DNA from: an uncultured Actinomycetota bacterium
GTDB lineage: Bacteria; Actinomycetota; Actinomycetes; Prado026
Direction of reading: 5' to 3'
Assembly (NCBI GenBank): GCA_963819215.1
Contig: CAWFVK010000009.1
Location: forward strand, 17,267 to 81,266
Length of the DNA stretch: 64,000 nucleotides
Position numbers and translations under genes: made by a program. The stretch's first letter is position 1. Each line of letters opens with the position of its first letter. The notes under the pieces were generated by a model. It had not been told where the DNA came from and did not search any database. It was given only the letters and a program-made list of their open reading frames with translations. Of the stretch, positions 20,269-31,205 are shown piece by piece.

Positions 20269-20783
20269 CGTCTCCGTGCTCCCGGACCTGGGCGAGGCAC
20301 GACGTCGCGGCTCTCGCTGATCGGATGGCCGGCCGCGCAGTGCAGGCTGACCTCGACCTCAGCGCCGCAGTCCCGGTGGGAGAACGAGATCGGAGAGCCC
20401 TCGGGACCGACGAGGTAGCGCTCACCCCACTGCTGGAAGGCCACGAGCACCGGGTAGAGGTCCAGGCCCTTGGGGGTGAGCCGGTACTCGAGCCGGGCGC
20501 GCTGGCCGGGCTCCTGGTAGGGCTCGCGTCGCAGGATGCCGTGCTCGACCAGGCGCGCGAGCCGACCGGTCAGCACCTGCCGGGGGATCGCGGTGCGCAG
20601 CGTCAGGTCGTCGAACCGGCGGATGCCCTGGAAGACCTCGCGGAGCACGAGCATCGACCAGCGGTCGCCGATCTCGTCCAGGACGCGACCGATCGTGCAG
20701 TTGTCGGCCGACCAGTCCAGGGCGGCCGGGCGGCCGGGCGTGGTTCCGTGGTGCTCCAGCTGCGTGACAGCGGTGACGGACAT
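20265..20783 (-). CDS. HxlR-family (winged-helix) transcriptional regulator
   Basis: CTIGRVLDEIGDRWSMLVLREVFQGIRRFDDLTLRTAIPRQVLTGRLARLVEHGILRREPY is the HxlR signature. Confidence 0.85.
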   Translation of the reverse strand: MSVTAVTQLEHHGTTPGRPAALDWSADNCTIGRVLDEIGDRWSMLVLREVFQGIRRFDDLTLRTAIPRQVLTGRLARLVEHGILRREPYQEPGQRARLEYRLTPKGLDLYPVLVAFQQWGERYLVGPEGSPISFSHRDCGAEVEVSLHCAAGHPISESRDVVPRPGPGARRR

Positions 20784-20837
20784 GCCGTGAGCCTAGGTCT
20801 TCTTGACAGACTCAGCCAGCCCTTGCATGGTGGGTCG

Positions 20838-21365
20838 ATGGACGAGACGCCGGTGACCGTGGACCGCAGCCGTACCTACACCTGGCAGGACCAGGCGGAC
20901 GTGGTCGCCTCGATCGGGCGTGAGCCGGGCATCGAGATGATCCGCGCGATCGGGAACGGCGGCTTGCCGGTCCCGCCGATCGGGCAGACGCTCGGCTTCG
21001 GGCTCTTGGAGCTGGGCACGGCACCGGACGGCAGCACCACCCTCAGCGTCACGCTCGAGCCGGCCGAGCACCACACCAGCCCGCTCGGCATGGTGCACGG
21101 CGGCGTGATCGCGACGCTGCTGGACACTGCCTGCGGGTGCGCCGTCCACGCCTCGTTGCCGGCCGGCGTCGGCTACACCTCGCTGGACCTCAGCACGCGC
21201 TTCCTGCGCCCGGTCTTCGCCGGGAGCGGCACGATCCGCGCGACGGGCTGGGTGGTCTCCAGCGGGCGACGCACCGCGCTCGCCGAGGCCGAGCTCAGGG
21301 ATGAGCGGGGCCGTCTGCTCGCGCACGCGACGTCCACCTGCATGCTGTTCCCGCTCGCCGAGTAG
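20838..21365 (+). CDS. PaaI-family (hotdog fold) thioesterase
   Basis: MDETPV.. start inside ORF 20325..21365. PLGMVHGGVIATLLDTACGCAVHA and a hotdog-fold C-terminus. The gene is divergent from the HxlR gene. Confidence 0.8.
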   Translation: MDETPVTVDRSRTYTWQDQADVVASIGREPGIEMIRAIGNGGLPVPPIGQTLGFGLLELGTAPDGSTTLSVTLEPAEHHTSPLGMVHGGVIATLLDTACGCAVHASLPAGVGYTSLDLSTRFLRPVFAGSGTIRATGWVVSSGRRTALAEAELRDERGRLLAHATSTCMLFPLAE

Positions 21366-21662
21366 TCCAGGTCGGCGAGCCGACCGCCGACACGCTGTCC
21401 GCGCGCCTTCCGCAAGTGGCGCGTCGTGATGGTCACACTCGGCTCATGGGGCTGTGGGCATCGTTCGCTGTGCACCCGGTGCTCGCTGCAGCGACCCCGA
21501 AAGGCGTCGGTCGCACCAGCGGTCATCTGCTGGCGGTGACCGGTGCGGGCGTGCTCGCTCTGCTGGTGGTCGCGGCCGCCGTGGTCGGCACGGTGCAGAT
21601 CGTCCTGGCCGTGCGGTCGTCGCGGGACCTCGACCTCGCGCAGCCGGCGCCGACGGGATCGG

Positions 21663-22956
21663 TCAGCCGACCCGCGCCGCCGGATGGTCGAGCTGGTCGG
21701 CGAGGACCGCGCCGGCGGCACCGAGGACGGCCGCGTTCGGCCCGAGCGCCGAGACGGCCACCGCTACCGGTGACCAGCGGGCGGCGAGAACCCTGCGGCC
21801 GATCTCGCGCTCGACCGGCGGGGCCATCCAGGGCGCCAGCGTCGAGTAGAGGCCGCCGAGGACCACGGTCCCGACGTCGAGCAGGTTCACCACACCGGCC
21901 AGCGCCGTGCCCAGGGCGACGCCGGCGTCCTCGAGCGCCTGCAAGGCCTTCGGCCGGCCGTCCTTCGCGTGCTCGACGATGCGCTGGGCAACTGCTGGGG
22001 CGGCACCTGGCCCAGGCGTGCGGACGCCGGCGGCCCGCGCGATCGCGTCCTGCCCGGCGACAGTCTCCAGGCACCCGACGGCCCCGCAGTGGCAGCGCCG
22101 GCCGCCGGGGTCGACCAGGACGTGCCCGATCTCGCCGCCCCAGCCGTGGCTGCCGCGGAACAGCCGCCGGTCGAGCACGATGCCCGCGCCGATGCCGACC
22201 TCGCCGGAGACGTGCACGAAGCTCTGCGCGCCGCCCGCTCCGCCGGCGTAGAGCTCGCCGAGCGCCGCCAGGTTGGCCTCGTTGTCGACGGTGACCGGCA
22301 CGCCCGCGAGCGCACCCGACTGCAGCAGGGCCACGGCGTCGACGTCGGTCCAGCCGAGGTTCGGGGCGGTGCGCAGCAGGCCGTGCGGCGAGTCGACCAC
22401 GCCAGGCAGCGCGAGCGTCGCGCCGCCCAAAGGCAGCTGCTCGCTCTCCGCTGCCGCCACCGCCTCCCGGATCAACGCCTCGAGATCGGCGAAGGTCTCG
22501 GCGGGGCTACGGCCCCGCTGGTCACGGCGGACCAGTGCGCGGTGCCGAACGGCGCCGGTGAGGTCGAGCAGGCAGGCCGAGAGGTAGTCGACGTTGATCT
22601 CCAGGCCGAGGCCGGCGCCGCCGTCCGGGGCGAGCACCAGCCCGGCGGCCGGTCGACCGGCGCCGACCCGGGGCCCAGGCTCGATCTCACGGACGAGCCC
22701 GGCCTGGAGCAGCGCGTCGACCAGGCTCGAGGCCGTCGCCCTGGTCAGCCCGCTGGAGGCGGCCAGGTCGGCGCGCGACACCGGCACGGCGCGAGCGCGC
22801 CACGTAGCCCAGGGCGAGCGCGAGGTTGTGGTCACGGAGGTTGGCCTGCCGGGCAGCGGCCACCGCCGAGCCGTCTGCCGCACGCTGTCGCGGCAGGGTG
22901 CGGCCCGCACCAGAGGCGCTTGCTCCGATCGCGGTCACGGGGCTTGACACTGCCAC
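21663..22956 (-). CDS. ROK-family transcriptional repressor (XylR-like by position); 1 frameshift near 22795 as sequenced
   Basis: The N-terminal HTH part ..[16 protein letters not shown].. is in ORF 22687..22956. The rest is in ORF 21663..22910, with ROK motifs [12 protein letters not shown] and [21 protein letters not shown]. The gene is divergent from xylA. Confidence 0.8.
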
Positions 22957-23025
22957 AGCAGGCCAATAAGTTCAACCAACGAACAAATCCGTCCACATCG
23001 TTGTCGACACCGTTCAGGAGACGTC

Positions 23026-24195
23026 ATGGCGCTCGAGCCGACCCGCGAGGATCACTTCACCTTCGGCCTCTGGACGGTCGGCTGGCAGGCCCGCGACCCG
23101 TTCGGCGACGCGACCCGCGCACCGATCGACCCGGTCGAGTCCGTGCACCGGCTCTCCGACCTCGGTGCCTACGGCGTGACGTTCCACGACGACGACCTCG
23201 TGCCCTTCGGCTCCGACGCCAGCGCGCGCGAGCAGCACATCAAGCGGTTCAGGGCGGCCTTGGACGAGACCGGTCTGGTCGTCCCGATGATGACCACGAA
23301 CCTGTTCACCCACCCGGTGTTCAAGGACGGCGGGTTCACCAGCAACGATCGCTCGGTCCGGCGGTACGCGCTCCGCAAGGTGATGCGCAACCTCGACCTC
23401 GCCGCCGAGCTCGGTGCGCACACGTATGTCTTCTGGGGTGGTCGTGAGGGCACCGAGACCGACGCCGCGAAGGACGTCAGGGTCGCCCTTGACCGTTACC
23501 GCGAGGGCATCGACCTGCTCGCCCAGTACACGATCGATCGTGGCTACGGCATGCGCTTCGCCCTCGAGCCGAAGCCGAACGAGCCCCGCGGCGACATCCT
23601 GCTGCCGACGATCGGCCATGCCCTCGGGTTCATCTCCACCCTCGAGCACCACGAGATGGTCGGCCTGAACCCCGAGGTCGGCCACGAGCAGATGGCCGGG
23701 CTGAGCTTCGTCCACGGCATCGCGCAGGCGCTGTGGCAGGGCAAGCTCTTCCACATCGACCTCAACGGTCAGCACGGCCCCAAGTTCGACCAGGACCTCA
23801 CGTTCGGGCACGGCGACCTCATCAGCGCCTTCTTCCTGGTGGACCTGCTCGAGACTGCCGGCTACGACGGCCCGCGGCACTTCGACTACAAGCCGCTGCG
23901 CACCGAGGACATCAGTGGCGTCTGGGCGTCCGCCGCCGCGAACATGCGGACCTACCTCATGCTGCGCGAGCGCGCTGCCGCCTACCGGGCCGACCCCGAG
24001 GTGCAGGCGGCGATGCGCAAGGCCAAGCAGCACGAGCTCGCGATGTCGACGCTGGCCGAGGGCGAGACCTACGCCGACCTGCTCGCCGACCGCAGCGCCT
24101 TCGAGGACTTCGACGCGGACGCGGTAGGGGTGCGCGGCTACGGCTTCGGCGAGCTCGACCAGCTGGCCGTCGAGCACATCCTCGGCGCGCGCTAG
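23026..24195 (+). CDS. xylA: xylose isomerase (class I, actinobacterial type)
   Basis: Intact 389 aa: [68 protein letters not shown] lies 6 nt upstream of the ATG. Confidence 0.95.
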   Translation: MALEPTREDHFTFGLWTVGWQARDPFGDATRAPIDPVESVHRLSDLGAYGVTFHDDDLVPFGSDASAREQHIKRFRAALDETGLVVPMMTTNLFTHPVFKDGGFTSNDRSVRRYALRKVMRNLDLAAELGAHTYVFWGGREGTETDAAKDVRVALDRYREGIDLLAQYTIDRGYGMRFALEPKPNEPRGDILLPTIGHALGFISTLEHHEMVGLNPEVGHEQMAGLSFVHGIAQALWQGKLFHIDLNGQHGPKFDQDLTFGHGDLISAFFLVDLLETAGYDGPRHFDYKPLRTEDISGVWASAAANMRTYLMLRERAAAYRADPEVQAAMRKAKQHELAMSTLAEGETYADLLADRSAFEDFDADAVGVRGYGFGELDQLAVEHILGAR

Positions 24196-25486
24196 GCCTG
24201 GACGGCGGGTGGGGTGGCTGGCTCACCCAACCCGGCCGCACGCAGCAGCAGGTAGCGCTGCTCGGTCTGGCTGGTCGTCATGCCGGCGGCCCGCTGGTAC
24301 GCCAGCCGAGCAGCACCGCTGTCGCCGACCGCCTCGAGCAGGTGCCCACGGACCGCCTCGAGCCGATGGCTGCGGGTCATCCGCTCGTCGTCGTCCAGCG
24401 TCTCGAGCAGCGCGAGCGCCGCAGCCGGCCCTTCGACCTTCGCGAGCGGCGACGGCCCGGTTCAGCGTGACCACCGGGCTCGGGGCGACGGCCTCCAGCA
24501 GCTGGTAGAGCGCCAGGATCTGCGGCCAGTCGGTGTCCTCGGCGCCTGAGCGCCTCGTCGTGCAGCGCGGCGATCGCGGCCTGCACCTGGTACGGCCCGG
24601 CCGGCGCCAGTGCCGAGCGTCGCGGCGATCAGGGCCAGGCCCTCGTCGATCTGCGCGAGCTGTCCCAGAGCTCGCGTCGCTGCTCGTCCAGCGGCACCGC
24701 AGCGCCGTCCTGGCTCGTCCGCGCCGGCCGCCGGGCATCGGTGAGCAGCATCAGGGCGAGCAGTCCTGCGACCTCGGCGGCGCCGGCGACCTGTCGGCGT
24801 TCCGCCTCGGCCCGGAGCAGCCGGGTCGAGCCGGATCGCCTCCGTCGGTGAGGTCGGCGCGTTGCAGCTCCGGGCCGCCGCTGGTCGTGTAGCCCTCGTT
24901 GAAGATGAGGTAGAGCACCGCGGAGCACCACGCCGAGGCGCTGCTGGACGTCGGCGCGGCCCCGGGAGCTCGAAGCGAACCCCGGCCGCGCGCACGCTGG
25001 CCTTGGCGCGGCTGATGCGCTGGGCCATCGTCGCCTCAGGGACGAGGAAGGCGCTGGCGATCTCGGAGGTGCGCAGCCCCCCGACGGCCCGCAGCGTCAG
25101 CGCGACCTGCGACGGCGCGGACAGCGACGGGTGGCAGCACAGGAAGAGCAGCGTGAGGGTGTCGTCGACCGCGACCGCGTGCGCGCCGGCCGCAGGCTCC
25201 GACATCGCGGCCACGAGCATCTCGCGGCGCTCGCGCGCGGAGTCGCTGCGCCATCCGTCGACGAGCCGGCGGGTCGCGACGGTGCGCAGCCAGGCTGACG
25301 GGTTCGCCGGGCACGCCCGGCTGCCGGCCACTGCTCGGCCGCAGCGAGCAGGGCGTCCTGGACGGCGTCCTCGCAGGCGGCGAACTGGCCGTACCGGCGG
25401 ACGAGCCCACCGAGCACCCTCGGCGCGAGCTCGCGCAGGAGGTGCTCGGTGGTGCTGGCTCGGTCCTCGTCCGGGTTCGTCGGCAC
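24192..25486 (-). pseudogene. ECF-type sigma-70 factor with a long C-terminal (TPR-like/DUF6596-type) extension, 6 or more frameshifts
   Basis: Fragments across three frames: LLRELAPRVLGGLVRRYGQFAACEDAVQDALLAAAEQWP (region 2), ANPSAWLRTVATRRLVDGWR, LTLLFLCCHPSLSAPSQVALTLRAVGGLRTSEIASAFLVPEATMAQRISRAK (region 4), AEVAGLLALMLLTDARRPAR, YQVQAAIAALHDEA, DWPQILALYQLLEAVAPSPVVTLNRAVA and ..RLEAVRGHLLEAVGD..*. Confidence 0.8.
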
Positions 25487-25518
25487 GACGCGTCCTCGAC
25501 CCGCTGACCTAGGCGGGG

Positions 25519-25878
25519 TCAGACCTCGGGCGGCCCGTCGGCGACCTGGCGGAGCTCGACGACGCCGGAGTACTCGACGATCCGCCCGGCGATCTCCTCG
25601 ACGCGCTGCTGCGACGCGACGTCCAGCACCCAGTAGCCGACCAGGGACTCCTTCGACTCCGCGAACGGGCCGTCCGTCACCACCGGGACGCCGTCGGTGA
25701 GCGTCACGAGCCTGGCCTGGGACCCGTCGACCAGCCCGCGGGCCTCAACAAGCTCGCCGGACTCGGACAGCTCGGTGTTGAGGCTGACCATGAACTGGAT
25801 CATCTCTCGGACCCAGTCCGTGGACTTCTCCGCGAGCATCGTCTCGGCCGAGCCGAACATCATGACCATGTACTTCAC
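25519..25878 (-). CDS. YCII-related (DGPF) domain protein
   Basis: VKYMVMMFGSAETMLAEKS...VVTDGPFAESKESLVGYWVLDV.. has the DGPF motif. It lies immediately upstream of, and co-oriented with, the ECF sigma gene, a commonly seen pairing. Confidence 0.8.
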   Translation of the reverse strand: MKYMVMMFGSAETMLAEKSTDWVREMIQFMVSLNTELSESGELVEARGLVDGSQARLVTLTDGVPVVTDGPFAESKESLVGYWVLDVASQQRVEEIAGRIVEYSGVVELRQVADGPPEV

Positions 25879-26014
25879 GGTGCGCTCCTTCGCTCGTGGC
25901 ACCCGGTGCGGGCGCCTTCACCCCTGGGTCGGAGCTGCCCTCGGATTCTCGACATCCCCAGGCGCCGAGCACAAGCGAGGTCGCGCCGGGTGTGGACGAG
26001 CGTGCCACGGACTC

Positions 26015-26459
26015 TCAGGGGATCCGCGTCAGCGAGGTCACCAGGAAGGTCCGGCCGCACGGATTCACGAGCTCGGGATGGTGCTCGCCGCTCACCCGCA
26101 CGTGGTCACCTTCGCGCAGGTCGGTGGTCGTCGGACCGACCAGCGCGTAGCGCCCGCTGCCGGTGTCGAGCACCCGGCAGGTCGACCTGATGCCTTCGAC
26201 GATCACGCCCTCGACCGTCAGCTGCTGCACCGGCATCGTCGCTCCGCTCCCGCTCGAGGTCGCGCTGCTGGTCGGGCTCGCGCTGCTGGTCGTGCTGGCG
26301 CTGGTCGCGGCTGGCTGACGCCGCCGCGACCTGGCCCACGCTGTCCCCTGGCTGGCCGCAGGCCGCGAGGCCGATGAGCAACGCCACGAGCACAGCTGCG
26401 AGCGCGAGCGCCCGCGCTCTCGGCTGAGTCCTGTGGACGTCGATGATCCTCCTCGTCAT
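26015..26459 (-). CDS. putative lipoprotein (1 frameshift near 26325 as sequenced)
   Basis: MTRRIIDVHRTQPRARALALAAVLVALLIGLAACGQ has a lipobox (LAAC). A Ser/Thr-rich linker (ATSASTTSSASPTSSATSSGSG) and the domain in ORF 26015..26236 lie in the adjacent frame. Confidence 0.55.
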
Positions 26460-26644
26460 GCCGCTCCGACGCACGCTGTGCCGGACCGGTTCCGCAGCGT
26501 TCCGAACCGTCCCACCAACGGCCCAACGCCGCTACCGAACGTGATCACCACGTGACGTGGGACCTGTTGCGCACACCCACCGTCACCGTAAGACTGACCG
26601 GGCACCGAATCGGGTGGCTATTTTTCTACTGCGTTTGGAGTCTC

Positions 26645-28652
26645 ATGCAGGCATTCCTTCGACGGGGTCTTATCGCCGGTACAGCCGTAGCGGTAGGCAT
26701 CGCCGTTGCCGTCCCCCAAGCTGCGTCAGCGGCGACCCCGGCACCCCGGGCGACCATTGACTCGGCCCCCGCCTGGGCGGCACACGCGTCCGCAAGCGCG
26801 CGCGTTCCGGCGTCCCAGCGGCTGCAGCTCACGGCAGTCCTGAAGCTCGCCAACGCTGCCGGCGCCGAGGCGGCCGCCAAGGCCATCTCCGACCCCAGCA
26901 GCGCGAGCTACCGGCACTACATGACCGCTGCCCAGTGGCGTCAGGCGTTCGCGCCGACCGATGCCCAGCTCAAGACGGTCACGTCCTGGCTGACCAGCAA
27001 CGGCTTCAAGGTCGGCTCGGTCCCGGCGAACCACCGGTACGTGTCGTTCAGCGGCACGGCGGCGCAGGCCGAGGCTGCGTTCGGCACTCAGCTGTCGACG
27101 TTCACCAAGTCCGGCAAGAAGGTCATGGCGCCGACCACGAACGTCTCGATCCCGAGCAGCCTGGTCGCGACCGTGCAGGGCATCTCCGGCCTTGACACCT
27201 CGAGCCTCGCGCAGCCGATGAACACCACCGGCGCCGACGCGGCGGCCACCCCGGCCAAGGTCGCGCCGACCCCGCCCGACGGCACGCTGCCCCTGCCAGA
27301 CCCGGTCTTCAAGAATGGCACCCCCTGCTCCGCGTACTACGGCCAGAAGGCCGCGACCTCGGTCCCGCAGATCCTCAAGGACCCGCTGACCTACGCACCG
27401 TGCGGCTACAAGCCGGCCCAGATCCGCGGCGCCTACGGTCTCGACCAGTCGCAGTCGGCCGGCTACGACGGGCGCGGCGCGACCGTCGCGATCGTCGACG
27501 CCTACGCATCGCCGTACATCTTCAGCGACGCGCAGACCTACGCGGCCAAGAACGACCCCAGCCACCCGCTGCGGTCCTACCAGTTCAACCAGCTCCTGCC
27601 CGCGACCTACTCCGAGGTCGAACGAGTGCGGCGCATCGGGTTGGTACGGCGAGGAGACGCTCGACGTCGAGGCCGTGCACGCAACGGCACCGGCCGCGAA
27701 CATCCTCTACGTCGGCGGCGTCGAGCTGTGAGGACGGCGACCTCGACGCCGCGGTCAACTCGGTCGTCGACAACAGCCTCGCCCAGATCATCACCAACTC
27801 CTACGGTGACACCGGCGAGCCCAGCTCGAAGGCGGACGTCGCCGAGGAGCACCAGACGTTCCTGCAGGCGGCAGCCCAGGGCATCTCGGTGCATGTTCTC
27901 CTCCGGTGACGACGGCGACGAGATCGTCAACACCGGCACCCGCCAGGTCGACTACGAGGCGTCCGACCCGTACGTCACCGCAGTCGGGCGGCACCTCGCT
28001 CGCCATCGGCTCGTCGAACAACTACGAGTGGGAGCAGGGCTGGGGCACCGGCAAGTCGGTCCTCACCAACGGCGCCTGGGACCCGCTGAAGCCGGCCTAC
28101 ATCTACGGCGGCGGCGGCGGCACCAGCGCACTGTTCGCCGAGCCCTGGTACCAGAAGGGCGTCGTCCCGACGTCGATCTCGAACTAATTCGGCAACGGCA
28201 ACCACCGAGCGGTCCCGGACATCAGCATGGACGCTGACCCGAGCACCGGCTTCCTCGTCGGTCAGAGCCAGACCTTCCCGAACGGGTCGGTCAAGTACAG
28301 CGAGTACCGCATCGGTGGCACCAGCCTCGCCAGCCCGCTGTTCGCCGGCGTGACTGCGGTCGCCGACCAGGTGGCCGGTGGGTCGCTCGGGTTCTTGAAC
28401 CCGTCGATCTACAAGCTCAGCGGTACCGCGGCGGTCACGGACATCAACCACGGTCGCAAGGTGACCGACGGGGTCGTCCGGGTCGACTACGCCAACGGCT
28501 TCAACGCCGCTGACGGCACGATCGTCTCGCTGCGTACGCAGAACCAGACCGGCACGATCTACACGCGCGCCGGGTACGACGACGCGACGGGTGTCGGCAG
28601 TCCTGCCGGCGTCAGCTACCTCATCGGGGTGGCGTCGCTCGCGAAGAAGTAG
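26645..28652 (+). pseudogene. S53 (sedolisin/kumamolisin-type) serine peptidase with pro-domain; 4 frameshifts plus one in-frame TAA
   Basis: Signal peptide plus pro-kumamolisin activation domain (..YRHYMTAAQWRQAFAPTDAQLKTVTSWL..), clean to about 27618. Then ECGASGWYGEETLDVEAVHA, SSCEDGDLDAAVNSVVDNSLAQIITNSYG, MFSSGDDGDE, GGTSLAIGSS..GGGGGTSALF. Next comes TAA at 28185-28187, then FGNGNHRAVPDISMDADP...YRIGGTSLASPLFAG (catalytic Ser) in the same frame. Confidence 0.85.
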
Positions 28653-28703
28653 GTAGTCGAGCCTGAGCTCCGGCTCTGGCTCGGTCGCATCGGTTCAACG
28701 CAC

Positions 28704-28739
28704 GAAGGCGGGCCGTCCCCTCGGGGGCGGCCCGCCTTC
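28704..28739. terminator. GC-rich hairpin between convergent genes (candidate bidirectional terminator)
   Basis: GAAGGCGGGCCGTCCCC-TC-GGGGGCGGCCCGCCTTC has arms of about 15-17 bp. It lies between the peptidase stop (28652) and the stop of the minus-strand gene (28769). There is no clear U-tract. Confidence 0.55.
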
Positions 28740-28768
28740 GCATGCACCGGGTGGCGGCCGGCCTGCGG

Positions 28769-29563
28769 CTAGAGCAGGCCCTTGATCGTGGCTGCGTCGG
28801 CCGCGGCCTTCTTCAGCGCGGAGCCGCCGTTCGCGACCTTCGCTCGCTCGGTGTCCAGCGTCGACCGGCCCGCTGGCATGTCGGCCGGCTTGAGCGCGAG
28901 CACGGTGTCACCCACGCCGTCCAGGTCGGCGGTCGCGGCGCCCGCCTGGGCGGTGAGGTCGGCCAGGGCGGCCTCGGCCTGCGCCTTCTTCGTGGGATCG
29001 CTGATCCCGTCCACCGCCTTCTGCACCGCCGGCAGCGACGCCGTGATCTTCGCGGCGGCGGCGAGGCCGGTGTCGCTGCCCGCGGTCAGCCGGGTCTGCG
29101 GTCCGAGCAGCATGTAGACGCGGTAGCTGGTCACGACGGTCTTGCCGGCGGTGACGGCGGTCCGGCAGTCGGTGGCGGCCTGGACGGTGGCGTTGACGGA
29201 CTGCAGCCCGGGAGCATCTGCTGCGTACAGCGCGCTCAGCGTCGCCCGGTGGTCGGCCGTCACCTGGGCCCGGGACGCCAGGGTCGCGGCGAAGCCGGTG
29301 ATCGCGGTCTCCCGGTTGGAGACCGCCGTCCCGACCTTCGCCTTGACAGCCGCGAGCGCGGTAGCACTGCAGGTCTTCGTCGCGGCGGTGCTTCCGCCGC
29401 TCGCCGTGGGGGTCGGGGAGGCTGTCCCGGGTCCGGCGGCCATGGCAGGTGATGCGGCGGTGACTCCGGCGACGACCAGGGCGCCGGCAGCACCGACGAG
29501 GACGGCGCGCCGCCCGGTCCTGGACGGCAGAGGGAGTCGCTTGCTCGTTCGGTTGGCAGGCAC
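28769..29563 (-). CDS. secreted hypothetical protein (Tat/Sec-type signal)
   Basis: Intact 264 aa. The N-terminus ..SRTGRRAVLVGAAGALVVAGVTAASPAMA is followed by an Ala/Thr-rich, probably helical protein. No family recognised. Confidence 0.55.
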   Translation of the reverse strand: MPANRTSKRLPLPSRTGRRAVLVGAAGALVVAGVTAASPAMAAGPGTASPTPTASGGSTAATKTCSATALAAVKAKVGTAVSNRETAITGFAATLASRAQVTADHRATLSALYAADAPGLQSVNATVQAATDCRTAVTAGKTVVTSYRVYMLLGPQTRLTAGSDTGLAAAAKITASLPAVQKAVDGISDPTKKAQAEAALADLTAQAGAATADLDGVGDTVLALKPADMPAGRSTLDTERAKVANGGSALKKAAADAATIKGLL

Positions 29564-29745
29564 GGGTGCTCCTTCGTCGGTCGACGAGCCGGGTGTTCGT
29601 CGATGTCGTGTGCCACTACCTTCGGATCACCACGTTCGGCGCCTTCGCGTTGCCAGGTTCGGGTCAGGTAAGGCGAGGCGCGGAATGCTTTACGGTTCAA
29701 CTATGTTGTCGCGTGCGTCTGTCGACCCCCGCACCAGGAGGACCC

Positions 29746-30705
29746 ATGCCCGCCGTCACCGTCCCCGACCTGCTGACACTGCCGCGCATCACACGGCCTG
29801 ACAGCACGGTGCTCGCCGACCGTCCGGTGCTCGCGGTCACGACAGCACCGAGCGGCTTCGAGGGCGAGGGCTTCCCGGTCAAGCGCGCCTTCGCCGGGGT
29901 GGACAAGGCTGCCCTCGACCCGTTCATCCACATGGACCAGATGGGTGCCGTCGAGTACGCGCCGGGCGAGCCGAAGGGCACGCCGTGGCACCCGCACCGC
30001 GGCTTCGAGACCGTCACGTACATGATCGACGGGATCATGGAGCACCAGGACTCCACCGGCGGCGGCGGTGTGATCCAGGACGGCGCCACGCAGTGGATGA
30101 CCGCCGGCAGCGGCATCCTGCACATCGAGACCCCGCCCGAGCACCTCGTGGTCTCCGGCGGGCTCTTCCACGGGATCCAGCTGTGGGTGAACCTCCCGGC
30201 CGCCCAGAAGTGGGTGCACCCGAAGTACCAGGACATCACCGCGGCCAAGGTCAGCCTGCTCACCTCGGACGACGGCGGCGCGCTGGTGCGGGTGATCGCC
30301 GGTGAGCTCGCCGGGCACCCCGGTCCTGGCGTGACCGCGACCCCGATCTCGCTGATCCACGCGACCGTCAGCCCCGGCGCCCAGCTCGTGCTGCCGTGGC
30401 GGCCGGACTTCAACGCGCTGGTCTACGTCCTGTCCGGGCGCGGGTCGGTGGGCGCCGAACGCCGCCCGATCACCGGAGGCCAGCTCGCCGTGCTCGGTGC
30501 CGGTGACCTGCTGACGCTGACCGCGGGCGACGCCCAGGACAGCCACACCCCCGCTCTTGACGTCCTGGTGCTGGGTGGCCAGCCGATCCGGGAGCCCGTC
30601 ATGCAGTACGGCCCGTTCGTGATGAACACCAAGGCCGAGCTGGTCCAGGCGTTCGAGGACTTCCAGGCCGGTCGGATGGGGACCATCCCGGCAGGCAAGG
30701 GCTGA
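29746..30705 (+). CDS. pirin-family protein
   Basis: The ATG at 29746 follows AGGAGG. FPVKRAFAG..PFIHMDQMG..TPWHPHRGFETVTYMIDG..MTAGSGILHIE is the bicupin pirin signature. Confidence 0.9.
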   Translation: MPAVTVPDLLTLPRITRPDSTVLADRPVLAVTTAPSGFEGEGFPVKRAFAGVDKAALDPFIHMDQMGAVEYAPGEPKGTPWHPHRGFETVTYMIDGIMEHQDSTGGGGVIQDGATQWMTAGSGILHIETPPEHLVVSGGLFHGIQLWVNLPAAQKWVHPKYQDITAAKVSLLTSDDGGALVRVIAGELAGHPGPGVTATPISLIHATVSPGAQLVLPWRPDFNALVYVLSGRGSVGAERRPITGGQLAVLGAGDLLTLTAGDAQDSHTPALDVLVLGGQPIREPVMQYGPFVMNTKAELVQAFEDFQAGRMGTIPAGKG

Positions 30706-30706
30706 G

Positions 30707-31195
30707 TCAGACCGAGTTGTTGTCGTGCCGTAGGTAGAAGTCAGCACGCTCGGCGTCGGTCATCGCAGCCAGCCGAGCGCCCTCGGCGAGCGTCTCGAAG
30801 TACGCCTCCCGCGGCGCTCCTGGAGTGAACAGCAGCAGCATCTGCGCGGGTTCACCCGACTCGTTGCGGAAGCCGTGCAGCCCGCCGGGCGGCACGTGCA
30901 TGAAGTCACCGGGCGCGGCGTCGATCCAGCCGTTCCCGTCGAAAAGCCGCAACCGCCCTGACAGCACGAAGAACGACTCGGACATGGTGCGGTGGAAGTG
31001 CGCGCCAGGGCCGGTTACCGCCGTCCCGAAGGTCCAGCGGAAGAGCCCGAACTGACCGTCGGTCTCGCCGGTGGTCGCGAGGTACTCGACGGTGTTGCCA
31101 CTGGGGTAGCGCACCTGGGGCTCACCGCCGCCCGGCACGACCCGAGCCGTCGCCTCGCCGAGTGTGCCGTGGTAGATCGGGGGAGGGTAGGACAC
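30707..31195 (-). CDS. cupin domain protein
   Basis: Intact 162 aa. GPGAHFHRTMSESFFVLSGRLRLFDG....GDFMHVPPGGLHGF carries the cupin motifs. Confidence 0.75.
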   Translation of the reverse strand: MSYPPPIYHGTLGEATARVVPGGGEPQVRYPSGNTVEYLATTGETDGQFGLFRWTFGTAVTGPGAHFHRTMSESFFVLSGRLRLFDGNGWIDAAPGDFMHVPPGGLHGFRNESGEPAQMLLLFTPGAPREAYFETLAEGARLAAMTDAERADFYLRHDNNSV

Positions 31196-31205
31196 GGTGC
31201 CTCCG

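Noticed and set aside
21416-21700. A possible small membrane protein (MGLWASFAVHP...VLALLVVAAAVVGTVQIVLAV..) between the thioesterase and ROK genes.
   Set aside because: Codon usage is plausible and there is one hydrophobic helix. However, the frame has no stop until 22294, deep inside the ROK gene on the other strand, and no family is recognisable. I cannot define a gene.
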